Of a DNA stretch of 64,000 bases, positions 6,613-15,682 are shown piece by piece (the stretch's first letter is position 1; each line of letters opens with the position of its first letter). The notes below the pieces were generated by a model. That model saw nothing but the letters and a program-made list of their open reading frames with translations, did not search any database and was not told the DNA's origin. The stretch is taken from positions 258,022 through 322,021 of the IMG/VR virus record IMGVR_UViG_3300022744_000001. The stretch is one strand, 5' to 3'. Both the position numbers and the translations under genes were made by a program. This DNA comes from a virus.

Positions 6613-9426
6613 TCAAAGGTTCAGTTCACGGAGGCGGGCATTGAACATGCCCTCGTCCACCGTGAGCGGGATTTGGTCGGGGTCGATCAAGATCTCCCCC
6701 GTGGTGATGTGTTTGAGTCGAACCAGCTTCCCGCTTTCCTGGTTGTAGGCGTGATGAACGGCCTGCCAAACCTGGCTCACACTCTGTGTGCTTAGGTTCG
6801 CAATCCATGCTTCAAACACTGGGCGGTTGCTGGTTGTCGTTCGAGGGGCCGCTGGGGCCACGTACGCCTTTGCCTGAGCCGCTGGAGCGGGGGTAGAAGG
6901 CACTGGGGTGGCCGGGGGCGGCGGAGCCCCACCGTCGCTCGAGGAAGGCGGGGGCGGGGCCGCTGGAGGCGGAGTGTGCCCGTCCTTCTTCCAATCGGGT
7001 ACCAAGTAGGGCTCAAGAAAATCGGGCACCCTCTGGTAAACCCGGTCTCCCACGCGCATTTCGCTGCTCTTGAGGGGCTTGTCACCGGGCTTCTCCGGCT
7101 TGTGCTCCCCGTGAAGGATCTTGTGCAGGTCGTACTTGGCGTCCCAGCTCTTGTCGATGAGGGGCTCGGCAACCAAGGGCACCTTCCAAGCCTTGTCTCC
7201 TCGCGGAATACGGCCGGGGAAGGTCATCCACTCATCAACCACCGGGGCCACTTCCATGATGTGCTCGAGCTTGACCTCGAACACGATTTCATCGTGCACC
7301 GTAAGCATCATGCGAACGATGTCGTTCTGGTACCAACCGCGCTGGTAGAACGTCTTGTGGAGTTTCACCATGGCGATCTTCATGATGTCCGCACCAGAAC
7401 CCTGGATGGGATAGTTGATCGCAGCGCGCTCACCCCCGGCCTGGATGGCCTTCTCGGGGTTGTCGATTTCAGGGATCGGAATCCATCGACCAAAGGCGGT
7501 CCAAACGCCCTTCTCCATGTGGACGCGCTTCTTTTGCGTCGCAACCCACTTGGCGAATGTCGGCAGACTCTTGTCGAAGTTGCTCTTCCTTCGGGCGGCT
7601 TCGGTGGGGTTACACCCGGTGGCACGCATGATGGCCTGCTGACCACCACCGTACACGAGCGAGAAGTTGGCCATCTTGCCCGCTTGGCGCTCTTGTTTTG
7701 TAACGTCTTGCTTGTTGAAGAAAGCTCGAGCCGTGATGGAGTGCAAGTCGCCAGAGCCTTCCAGGAACTCCTTCTCCCAGATCGGCTCCTTCGACAGGTT
7801 GGTCACGATGCGCAGCTCTTCACCGGCAAAGTCCACCTTGAGAATCACATACCCAGGACGTGCGATGAACGCTCGACGAAGGGCCGTTGCCACCTTCGGC
7901 TTCTTCTCATCGTAGCCCGAGGGAATGCCGTGGATAGGCACACCACCATAACCGTGGTCGGGGTCGCCTGCGGGAGCGCTGAAGCGACCCGTAGCGGCAC
8001 CGACCTGCCGGAACTGGTAGCGAAGGTCCCCGTACTGGTCGCAGTTGTTCGCCATGCTCTTGAGGTAGGTGCCGACGACCTTCTCAACCTGCCGGAACTT
8101 GACGATGGTGACGAGAATGGGGTTGATGTTCGAGTTCTCCTCGACCAACTTTTCCAAGGTATCGGCGTCAGTCTTGTACTGACCCGACTTCTCATTCATC
8201 TGCGGTTTGGGCTCCATGTTGAGCCCGTTCGGGCTCGCGAAAAGGAACTCAGAGAGCTGCTTGGGCGACTGCGGGTCGAAGTCCCGGAACCCGTGCTGGG
8301 ACGCCAGGGCGACGATTTCAGCGCGATAGATGGCCGATTCCTTCTCGGCTTCCGCGAGCAAGTTGCGCACGTAGTCGATATCGATTCGGATGCGGTTACG
8401 CTCCATGATGCGCGTAACCTGTGTGACCTGCTTCTCGAGTCGGTAGGTCTGGTTGTACTTGGGGCTGGTGAGGATCTCCTGCATCTCGGGTTTGGTGCAG
8501 TGCAGGAACGTGCAAATTGAGTCACCGCCCCAATACCAACGGCACTCGTGAGGGTCCAGCTCGGGGAACGAAATCTTGCGCCCGGGAGCGAAGCATTCCT
8601 TCAGCTCAACCATCTCGTAAGGTACCGTCGAGCCATTCTCGATGACGGGCTTGCCCCTCTCGTCCATCACTTGAAGGTTGCGCTTGGACTTGTCCTTCAA
8701 ACCCAAGCTTTTGTCGCTCGAGAGTTTCGTGAAGTACATGAGCATCCCGTCCTCGAAGGACTCAGGATGCCACCAGTCGATGCCCGTGACGGGGTAGAGG
8801 AACTCCTGGTCAAACTTGGCGTGCCAGAAGTACAGCTTGACCTTGCCCGGAGTCTTGATGACAGGGCTACCAAGAGGGTCGTCGGCGAGGGCCGCGGGGT
8901 CGATCTCCGGTTGGGCCGCAAGGCAGAGACGTCGAATCTCCCGGCTCACCACGTCGAGGTCAACGTTCTTGGCCATCTCGGCGGTGTGCCGAATCGGAAT
9001 GTAGTAGCCGTCTCGACCATTTGGGCTGATGCAGTACCCCACGATTTTGTGCACGGTTTGGGGCACACGCACGGGGGGATTGGCCGGGTCCCAGAAGCAC
9101 TCGTACTTCCCGGTCAACGTCGCCGGGTCATGCCAGTAGATGCGATTGTCGAGGCCCTGGGTCTCGAGGTCGAGCGACGCCCTACCCGATGCAAGGCAGG
9201 CGTCAATCAACTGAACCAGCTGCTCCTCATTCTCGATCAGGATGAAGTTGTGATACTTCATCCACGGACGTTCCTTGATGTTCACGTCCTTTTCCGGAGT
9301 GACCCCCATCGACGCCATCATGGCCATCGGGTCGTCGTCGTCGGTCTCCATCGGGGGCAGAGATTGCGGCGCGGGCTGAGCCTCCTCTTGCAGTGGTGGC
9401 AGGTCGTCGTCTTCCATTTCAGACAC
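6613..9426 (-). CDS. family-A DNA polymerase (Pol I-like) with 3'-5' exonuclease domain and a C-terminal extension
   Basis: Exo motif I is LDLETQGLD. Motif B is RQAGKMANFSLVYGGGQQ and motif C is LTVHDEIVFEV. There is no 5'-3' exonuclease domain. About 190 aa follow the normal Pol-A C-terminus (…SWDAKYD), comprising a Pro-rich linker and a further domain of roughly 90 aa. Confidence 0.9.
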   Translation of the reverse strand: MSEMEDDDLPPLQEEAQPAPQSLPPMETDDDDPMAMMASMGVTPEKDVNIKERPWMKYHNFILIENEEQLVQLIDACLASGRASLDLETQGLDNRIYWHDPATLTGKYECFWDPANPPVRVPQTVHKIVGYCISPNGRDGYYIPIRHTAEMAKNVDLDVVSREIRRLCLAAQPEIDPAALADDPLGSPVIKTPGKVKLYFWHAKFDQEFLYPVTGIDWWHPESFEDGMLMYFTKLSSDKSLGLKDKSKRNLQVMDERGKPVIENGSTVPYEMVELKECFAPGRKISFPELDPHECRWYWGGDSICTFLHCTKPEMQEILTSPKYNQTYRLEKQVTQVTRIMERNRIRIDIDYVRNLLAEAEKESAIYRAEIVALASQHGFRDFDPQSPKQLSEFLFASPNGLNMEPKPQMNEKSGQYKTDADTLEKLVEENSNINPILVTIVKFRQVEKVVGTYLKSMANNCDQYGDLRYQFRQVGAATGRFSAPAGDPDHGYGGVPIHGIPSGYDEKKPKVATALRRAFIARPGYVILKVDFAGEELRIVTNLSKEPIWEKEFLEGSGDLHSITARAFFNKQDVTKQERQAGKMANFSLVYGGGQQAIMRATGCNPTEAARRKSNFDKSLPTFAKWVATQKKRVHMEKGVWTAFGRWIPIPEIDNPEKAIQAGGERAAINYPIQGSGADIMKIAMVKLHKTFYQRGWYQNDIVRMMLTVHDEIVFEVKLEHIMEVAPVVDEWMTFPGRIPRGDKAWKVPLVAEPLIDKSWDAKYDLHKILHGEHKPEKPGDKPLKSSEMRVGDRVYQRVPDFLEPYLVPDWKKDGHTPPPAAPPPPSSSDGGAPPPPATPVPSTPAPAAQAKAYVAPAAPRTTTSNRPVFEAWIANLSTQSVSQVWQAVHHAYNQESGKLVRLKHITTGEILIDPDQIPLTVDEGMFNARLRELNL

Positions 9427-9856
9427 TAGGTACCCCCTTATCTTGAACGAGCACGATATACACCCCCTCCTTCCAGAGTCTGATCAGGTCGGAGGCAAGT
9501 TTTCTAGCTTCTGGCTCTTCGATCCCTTCGGGTTCGAAGCAGACGCGTAAGATTTTTGACCTTGGTACGCAGTGTTTTGCGTCGTAAAGCGGGCAGGTAC
9601 CCCGCTGAAAGCAAACTGGGTGCGGTAGTTTCCTCAGCGCCCCATCGGGGGGAATCCCAAGCTGTTGCACGAGAGGTTTGGACCAGCGGTAAAGGGCATG
9701 GTCCATGTCCTCCTTGGAAACCACTGTGAGAAGCGAGGTGATCGGACTACCTTGGAGGGCTCGCCACTGGGGTTCCCAAACACCGTCTTTCGAGTAAATG
9801 AGGTACAGCTCGAGGTCCCCCATCTCGAGTGTCTTGATCTTGAGCCGTCTAGGCAC
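9419..9856 (-). CDS. hypothetical protein (145 aa)
   Basis: An ORF overlapping the Pol start by 8 nt. Confidence 0.5.
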   Translation of the reverse strand: MPRRLKIKTLEMGDLELYLIYSKDGVWEPQWRALQGSPITSLLTVVSKEDMDHALYRWSKPLVQQLGIPPDGALRKLPHPVCFQRGTCPLYDAKHCVPRSKILRVCFEPEGIEEPEARKLASDLIRLWKEGVYIVLVQDKGVPSV

Positions 9857-10505
9857 TGCGGATTTTCTCTCCGATTTTGTCCAGGATCAGCCTGGCCCGC
9901 TTCTCGGCGTCCTCTGGTGTAATGAGTTCCCGCTCGAGCGCGTGGTAAAGACTGTCGAGCAACTTGCCTATGGTCAGAAACCCACGCATGTCGAAACAGG
10001 GCTTGCCCTCTTTCAGGCGGTTCTCACAGACATGCAGGAGCTGGTAGACCTCGTCGAGCTTCTCTTCCTTGGCCTCGTCTACGCCGTCTTCGATGTAGTC
10101 GTATTCGGGAGCGTCCGGAGCAACAATGCCAAACGCCTTCTCGAGGCCGCGGAGAGCGACACCAAATTTCATGGTCTCGTCGCCGTGGAAGTTCTTCCAC
10201 AGGGACACGATGTCCCAGCGCTTCTGACACGTCCAACAGTAGACCCCAGAGGGGGACGAGCCTCCCTCTGGGTACACACGCGCGGAGGGCTTCTTATCGT
10301 CGCCGTGGAAGGGGCAGGAAATCTGCTCTTCCGAGGTTGAAGTGCCGCTCTTCAAGGAAACCCCGAAGTGCCGCAGGACGTCGTGAGCGGAGACCGCCGC
10401 CCGTAGGGTATCAAGCCTCTGCTTGTTCCAACGGGAGAAGGTCTCGTTCTTCTCCTTCTCCCGGACCGACTTCTCGTAGCCCTGGTCCCCTACTGAACGG
10501 CGCAT
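9849..10505 (-). CDS. CHC2-type zinc-finger protein (DnaG primase N-terminal-domain-like) lacking a TOPRIM domain
   Basis: The motif CPFHGDDKKPSARVY…CWTCQKRWD fits the zf-CHC2 signature CPFHxExTPSF…CFGCG of bacterial and phage primases. At 218 aa it is too short to contain a TOPRIM catalytic core. Confidence 0.6.
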   Translation of the reverse strand: MRRSVGDQGYEKSVREKEKNETFSRWNKQRLDTLRAAVSAHDVLRHFGVSLKSGTSTSEEQISCPFHGDDKKPSARVYPEGGSSPSGVYCWTCQKRWDIVSLWKNFHGDETMKFGVALRGLEKAFGIVAPDAPEYDYIEDGVDEAKEEKLDEVYQLLHVCENRLKEGKPCFDMRGFLTIGKLLDSLYHALERELITPEDAEKRARLILDKIGEKIRSA

Positions 10506-10515
10506 AGCCCCTCAC

Positions 10516-12012
10516 TTAGCCCAGGAAAAGCTCGTTGATTGCATCAGTGGCGGCTCGGAAGTCGTCCACGGTCATACCCTTGTCCGAAGACGTGGAGAGC
10601 GGGTCAAGGTTGCCCATACGACGGGTTTTCCAGTCGATGGTGCAGTTGAAGGGGGTGAACATGGGTCCATCACGACGCTTGAGGCAATCGAAGAACGGCG
10701 TGCCTTGTTTGCGAAACTCTTCGTTCAAGTAGGTGGTCGTGACAATGTCCGCCGAACGCTCGGCCTCGTTGGCGTAGCTGAGCGCGCGGAGCTTGTATCG
10801 CCCTTCCATCTTGTCCGCGTAGTCCTTACCATCGCGGTTGATCTGGAAGAGCATGAGCACAGGCACTTTCTCACCATGGTTGAACTGCAACGCCAACTTC
10901 TTCGCATCACGAAGAATCGAATTGAGTTCAATCGTGTAGTCTTTGCCGCGCTTGTGCTTCTTGGCTTCGACGAGACCACCATGGTCGATGACCAGGAGGT
11001 CGATTTGGTTCGAGTTGTGGGCGATCTCAGCCTGCACCCGAATGTCATCGATGGTGACGTCCGAGTCCGGACCCCACACTTCGAACGTCCCGTACTCCGG
11101 GTTCTTCGAGAAGTCGTCCGCCACCATGTTGAGGAACTTCTCCTCGTCCGGCGTAAGCTCGCCGTTCTTGACCTTCTCGTAGTCAAGCGGGGCGAATTTG
11201 GCAGGGTCGAGGCCGTTCAACTCAGCCCAGGCCCGGAAGCGGCCGTTCGAGCTGTGCATCACGTAAATCTGCTGGCGGATCTGCTCGTAGGGCATCTCCA
11301 AGGTCACGTAGAAAACGTTGCCTCGGTACCGTGTCACCAGGTTGTAAGCCCAGTTGAGCGCAAACGTGGTTTTCAGCTCGCCCGTGTAGGCCGCGTGAAG
11401 CCACATCTCACCTTTTTTGATGCCCTTGACGATCTTGTCGATGTTGTTGATGCCGCAGAACTTGCCCCAGGTGAGGTTTTTGTTCGCCTTGGCCGTCTGG
11501 TACTCGGCTTTGACCTCTTCGCCATCCTCGCGGATGTTGCCCTGGATGCGTGACGAGCTGTTCTGCACCAAGAGGCGGTGCACGCTCTGAACCACGTGCA
11601 TGACGCCGTCACGAAGGCCCTGCTTCTTTTCCTTCTCAATGATGAGGCCCTTGGAGATGATCTCCATGCCCTCTTTGAAAAGCTTGATGGCCCCGAACTT
11701 GTTCTGCTCCTCGAGCGTGGTCGAGAGCAGGTGCGCGAAGTTGGTGCGCACGTATGGCGTGACGCCATCGAGGTCTTTCAGCTTCTCGATCGCCTCTTGG
11801 TCCTTCTGGGCCTCAAAGTAGTCCACCAAGGTTTGCTTGGCAGGTACCTCGAGCCGCTGCTGGAAATACCGGACCGAGAAGTCGTAGATGCGCTTGTCGG
11901 GCGGGGCGTTCCACTCGATGCGCGAAGGGATCAGCTTCTGAAGGTTGGACACCAGCTCAGGCTGCTTGACGTCGCCGTAGTCAAGGATGCTGCGAAGAAT
12001 ACCCTTGCTCAT
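10516..12012 (-). CDS. DnaB-like replicative helicase (498 aa)
   Basis: The segment LTWGKFCGINNIDKIVKGIKKGEMWLHAAYTGELKTTFALNWAYN aligns to DnaB G..TGF..LD…G.L.IIAARPxMGKTAFAL. TLEMPYEQI matches the H1a SLEMS.EQL motif. LLVIDHGGLV is the Walker B and LMLFQINRD is the arginine-finger region. Confidence 0.8.
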   Translation of the reverse strand: MSKGILRSILDYGDVKQPELVSNLQKLIPSRIEWNAPPDKRIYDFSVRYFQQRLEVPAKQTLVDYFEAQKDQEAIEKLKDLDGVTPYVRTNFAHLLSTTLEEQNKFGAIKLFKEGMEIISKGLIIEKEKKQGLRDGVMHVVQSVHRLLVQNSSSRIQGNIREDGEEVKAEYQTAKANKNLTWGKFCGINNIDKIVKGIKKGEMWLHAAYTGELKTTFALNWAYNLVTRYRGNVFYVTLEMPYEQIRQQIYVMHSSNGRFRAWAELNGLDPAKFAPLDYEKVKNGELTPDEEKFLNMVADDFSKNPEYGTFEVWGPDSDVTIDDIRVQAEIAHNSNQIDLLVIDHGGLVEAKKHKRGKDYTIELNSILRDAKKLALQFNHGEKVPVLMLFQINRDGKDYADKMEGRYKLRALSYANEAERSADIVTTTYLNEEFRKQGTPFFDCLKRRDGPMFTPFNCTIDWKTRRMGNLDPLSTSSDKGMTVDDFRAATDAINELFLG

Positions 12013-12899
12013 ACGATGTCGTCCCTCGTGTCTTTCTTGCCCTTCTTGGACTTGTAGCGAGAGGGCTCGGAAACCTCATTGAGAACCGCATCGTGGACGG
12101 GAGCTTCCATCCTTGATTTGCGCGGGGGCGGCGGGGTGGACGGCGTATCTTCCTCCTCCTCATCCACAGCCAAGCCAGGTTCATGGCTGCTCTTGGGCGG
12201 CGGTACGTAGCTCTTCTTCTTGGTCAGGTTGATGGTCTTGAACCGGGCCGAGATGTAATCCGCCGTGTCCTCGGAATAGGCGAAAAGCCCCGGCCCCCAA
12301 AGCATGTCGGGCTCCGGGCTTTCCACGATCCAGGTCGGAAGCGACGCGGCTTGCCGGATCAGGAGGGCTTCTTTCAGGATGCCGGGCATCGCAACGTTCT
12401 TGTGCCCGAGAAACCCTAGCTTGATGATGACCAGGTCGAAGTCAGTCCCGATCAGGTCCGACAGGGAGTTGTAGACCGGAATCTCCTCTCGCTTCTTTTT
12501 GTTTTGCTTGTCGTAGGACTGCTTCCCCAGGTAGACCGTTCTGAGCTGCTCGTCCGTGACAATGTGTATGCGGTAGTTGAGGTCGGTCGAGTACAACTTC
12601 CACGTGAGCACGTACTTGAAGTGGGAGCACAGATCCGCCCACCAGCCTTTGATGAAAAGGTTGGATTTGGTCTCGTCTACCTCCGGTGGCTCCCCAGGCT
12701 CCGGCGGCACGTACAAGGGCGAGGAAGGAATCCCAGGGGCCGAGGCAATCTCGGTCCCCACCTTGAGCTTGAACATCTTGGCGAAGCCGCAATGGCATCG
12801 TACCCAGGTGTCGGTCTCTCCCTCGACTCCTGGTTTGGTCAAAATGCGGCCAGCTCCACCGCATTTTGAGCATACCTTCTCCTCTTGAGGCATCTGCAA
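12009..12899 (-). CDS. zinc-ribbon protein translationally coupled to the helicase gene; possible helicase loader or replication initiator (296 aa)
   Basis: The N-terminus reads CSKCGGAG…RCHCGF, a Cys4 ribbon. The C-terminus is acidic and Pro-rich. Its stop overlaps the DnaB-like start in an ATGA arrangement. The function is inferred from gene context only. Confidence 0.5.
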   Translation of the reverse strand: MQMPQEEKVCSKCGGAGRILTKPGVEGETDTWVRCHCGFAKMFKLKVGTEIASAPGIPSSPLYVPPEPGEPPEVDETKSNLFIKGWWADLCSHFKYVLTWKLYSTDLNYRIHIVTDEQLRTVYLGKQSYDKQNKKKREEIPVYNSLSDLIGTDFDLVIIKLGFLGHKNVAMPGILKEALLIRQAASLPTWIVESPEPDMLWGPGLFAYSEDTADYISARFKTINLTKKKSYVPPPKSSHEPGLAVDEEEEDTPSTPPPPRKSRMEAPVHDAVLNEVSEPSRYKSKKGKKDTRDDIV

Positions 12900-12931
12900 A
12901 CCCCCTCAGCGGAACCGTCTACACCGGGGGA

Positions 12932-14650
12932 TCACTTCTCTCGGAGGGCGAGCGCAAGTTCTCGGATTTCTCCTTCTGGTCGCTCGAACCTGAGAGCGCC
13001 TACCGCTGCCTCGCCAATGATTTGGTCGATCAGGCCCTTCTTGCGCCGCAGTTTTGCGATAACTTTGTGGTCGATAGACTCTCGAGCTTTCCCCTTCTTC
13101 CCGGGGCGCTCGGCCACCAGGTGGATCGCCAAAACCTTCTGATGAGGGGAGCCAATACGAATCATTCGCCCCAAAAGCTGTACGTAGTTGCCCCAAGACC
13201 ATGGCGTCTCGAGGAAGACCATTGCTCCGGCCATCTGGAGGTTGATGGCCTCGGACCCCGCGTCCGTGATGATGATGACCCGAGTCTTGCTCTTGGGGTC
13301 CTGGAACTCGTCCTGCGCCTTCTTGCGCTGTTCAGATTTCTCCGCCCCGGTGATGCGAACGCTCTTGATGTGCTCCTTGGCCAGAAGCTCCTGGAGCCGT
13401 CCCGCCCACGACTCGAACCGGGTGTAGAGGATGACCTTCTCGTCATCGAACTCCTCCGTGAGCAGGTCGATGAGTGCCGCTTCCTTGGCGCTCTTACCCT
13501 CGAAGGTATCTTTGTCAGTGACGTCGTCCCCCTCTTTGAACTTGAGCAGGTGGAGCGAGTTGCACACCTCTTGGGCGTAGATGAGGCCGGTGAGGTCCTT
13601 CGTCTCCTGGAAGTCCTTCAACTCGCCATCGCCCATGAGCATGAGACCCTCGAGCGCCTCTTCATACTTGCGGTCCTCCGCCGGGCTCAGCTCGCACAGG
13701 ATCTCGCGGGTGGTGAGGCTCGGAAGCTCGTCCGACACGACGTGCTTGGGCCGACCGTAGAAGAACGGGTCGATGGTGGAACGGAAGTGGGTCAGGTTCT
13801 TGTACCCGACCACGATGGGTACCTTGGCCCCGCCCTTCACTCGTTGCAGCTCCGTGACGCAGTAGTCGTCCATGAACCTCGTCTTGGACGAGAACGTCCC
13901 GGGCCGGATAACCTGGTAGATGCCAAAGCCCTCCATCAGGTTGTTCTTCAAGAGGGTCGCAGTAAGGCCCCAAACTCGCTGACTCCGCTGAGAAAGGAAC
14001 TTGCACGTTTGATGGGTCTTGGTGCTTGGGTTCTTGAACGCTGTGGCTTCATCGAAGACCACGAGTAGGTCCTTCATGTTCGCCGTAATGGTGTCGAGGA
14101 ACCCGCTGCCAAGAGCCCCCTGCGTGCCCTTCTTGGAACCCGCTGGGACTGCCTCTTTGGTCACTCCATGGTCCCAGTCGCGAACCATCGAGTGGTAGTT
14201 CACGACGAGCAGAGAGGGGGTCTTGGTCTTGGACCAAGTCTCGTAGGCTTGAAGCCGTGTCTTGAGCGACCCCGTTGCCACATGGACCGTGACGCCGGTC
14301 GAGAACTTGTCCACCTCAGCGGCCCACTGCCGAATCGCCGACTTCGGGCACACTACGAGTACCTTCAACGCTGGAGAGCGCTCCCAGAGATAGCACATGG
14401 CCCCAATCGCCTGGAGCGTCTTCCCGAGGCCCGTGCCGTCCCCGAGAATCATGCGGTTCATGGCCAGCAGGTGAAAAACACCTTGAACCTGATAATACCG
14501 CATCCGGAAAGGTTGAATGGAGCCGTCAATTGCGACGATCTCTTTGCGAAGCATGGGAGTCGGTCGTAACTCGACCGTTTTGCTATCTCGAACCTGCTTC
14601 AACTTCTCGTACGTGGCGAGGATCTTGGGGTCGTTCAGCGTGGTGAGCAT
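12932..14650 (-). CDS. SNF2/DEAD-like superfamily-2 helicase (572 aa)
   Basis: Motif I is ILGDGTGLGKTLQAIG. Motif II is VVFDEATAFKN, a DEAH-like box. The C-terminal helicase domain reads …TDAGSEAINLQMAGAMVFLETPWSWGNYVQLLGRMIRIGS. Confidence 0.8.
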   Translation of the reverse strand: MLTTLNDPKILATYEKLKQVRDSKTVELRPTPMLRKEIVAIDGSIQPFRMRYYQVQGVFHLLAMNRMILGDGTGLGKTLQAIGAMCYLWERSPALKVLVVCPKSAIRQWAAEVDKFSTGVTVHVATGSLKTRLQAYETWSKTKTPSLLVVNYHSMVRDWDHGVTKEAVPAGSKKGTQGALGSGFLDTITANMKDLLVVFDEATAFKNPSTKTHQTCKFLSQRSQRVWGLTATLLKNNLMEGFGIYQVIRPGTFSSKTRFMDDYCVTELQRVKGGAKVPIVVGYKNLTHFRSTIDPFFYGRPKHVVSDELPSLTTREILCELSPAEDRKYEEALEGLMLMGDGELKDFQETKDLTGLIYAQEVCNSLHLLKFKEGDDVTDKDTFEGKSAKEAALIDLLTEEFDDEKVILYTRFESWAGRLQELLAKEHIKSVRITGAEKSEQRKKAQDEFQDPKSKTRVIIITDAGSEAINLQMAGAMVFLETPWSWGNYVQLLGRMIRIGSPHQKVLAIHLVAERPGKKGKARESIDHKVIAKLRRKKGLIDQIIGEAAVGALRFERPEGEIRELALALREK

Positions 14651-14678
14651 CGACCCCTTTACACCACCTGGGTACGTG

Positions 14679-15284
14679 TCAGAACCCGAAGTAAAGACCC
14701 GCTTGAGGGTTTGACCTTAGTGTCCAGAACGAGAAGGCGTACCCAGCAAACGCCCCAAAGTTACGGGTAATGTCGTAACCTACCCCCAGACCCGCAGAAC
14801 GAAACCCTGTTGCCACGTTCACGTTGAGGTCTTTCCAGTAGAAGAATTCCCACAAGAGGCCGACGTCCACCGCATCCTGGGGGCTACGTTCAACCGCGTC
14901 GAGGAAAAGGAAGCTCCCAGCGAACTTGACGCGAAACCGAAAACCCCAAACGTCGGGGACCTTCTTGGCCACGATGACATTGAGGCGAGCTTCGGCATCC
15001 ACCGTGTAGTGGCACCACTTCATCCTCATGGTCAACGGATGAGGGGCCGCCCCCGAGTAGTAGACGCGGCCGTCCTCGTCCGTGGTGATCGTAAACGAAC
15101 CCATCTCGTAGGTGGGTACTTCGGTCTTGAGGCACTTGGCCTCTTCGGCCAACGTGATCAGGTCTTGAAGGTCTTGGTCCGCCACACAGGTACTGCCTGC
15201 CTCGCATTGAGCGAACCCCTGGAGCGGAGCGAGCACAAACGCGAACACTGAGAGCAGCAGAGCCTGGTACATGGGAGACCTCAC
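14679..15284 (-). CDS. secreted protein with a signal peptide and a C-terminal aromatic residue; candidate small outer-membrane beta-barrel (Lom/Ail-like)
   Basis: The N-terminus MRSPMYQALLLSVFAFVLAPLQGFA|QC is a signal-peptidase I type signal peptide. The mature part has alternating hydrophobic strands (GFRFRVKFAGSFLFL; LGVGYDITRNFGAFAGYAFSFW) and ends …GLYFGF. At about 180 aa the mature size fits an 8-strand OMP. Confidence 0.55.
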   Translation of the reverse strand: MRSPMYQALLLSVFAFVLAPLQGFAQCEAGSTCVADQDLQDLITLAEEAKCLKTEVPTYEMGSFTITTDEDGRVYYSGAAPHPLTMRMKWCHYTVDAEARLNVIVAKKVPDVWGFRFRVKFAGSFLFLDAVERSPQDAVDVGLLWEFFYWKDLNVNVATGFRSAGLGVGYDITRNFGAFAGYAFSFWTLRSNPQAGLYFGF

Positions 15285-15682
15285 TCGAAACGGCTTGCCA
15301 CGCGGAGCACCATGGAGGCTGTCTTGGTGCCTTCCTCGAGCTTGCCTTTGTTACTCTTGAACCACTTGGCCACCGAGCTGACCGCGGCCTCCAGGGATGG
15401 CGCTGTGGTGCGACGGATCTTCACGTCCCCTTTCGACACCGGTTTGACCTCGAACTTGTCCCCGCCTGCCGGAAGGATGATGAGCTGCACTGTGAAATGC
15501 GGCTTGTCATCCTGGTACTTCTCGAGGAACTGCCGTTTGGCGTACGCCTCTTCGTCCTCCCGCTCATACGTGACTTTGATGCCACGATGAGTGGTCGAGT
15601 TGTACTCGACTTTGATCAGGTTTCCGAAGAGTGGCTTGAGCTGCTGCTCGAGCGTGTGGGCGGCTTGGGTCAGGTCCATCAC
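15281..15682 (-). CDS. hypothetical protein (133 aa)
   Basis: An ORF coupled to both neighbours by 4-nt overlaps. Confidence 0.5.
   Translation of the reverse strand: MMDLTQAAHTLEQQLKPLFGNLIKVEYNSTTHRGIKVTYEREDEEAYAKRQFLEKYQDDKPHFTVQLIILPAGGDKFEVKPVSKGDVKIRRTTAPSLEAAVSSVAKWFKSNKGKLEEGTKTASMVLRVASRFE

Noticed and set aside
15281-15682. Endolysin in the membrane cluster
   Set aside because: No lysozyme (E-D-T), amidase (zinc H/H/E/D) or CHAP (C/H) signature is recognisable by eye in the 133-aa protein or its neighbours.
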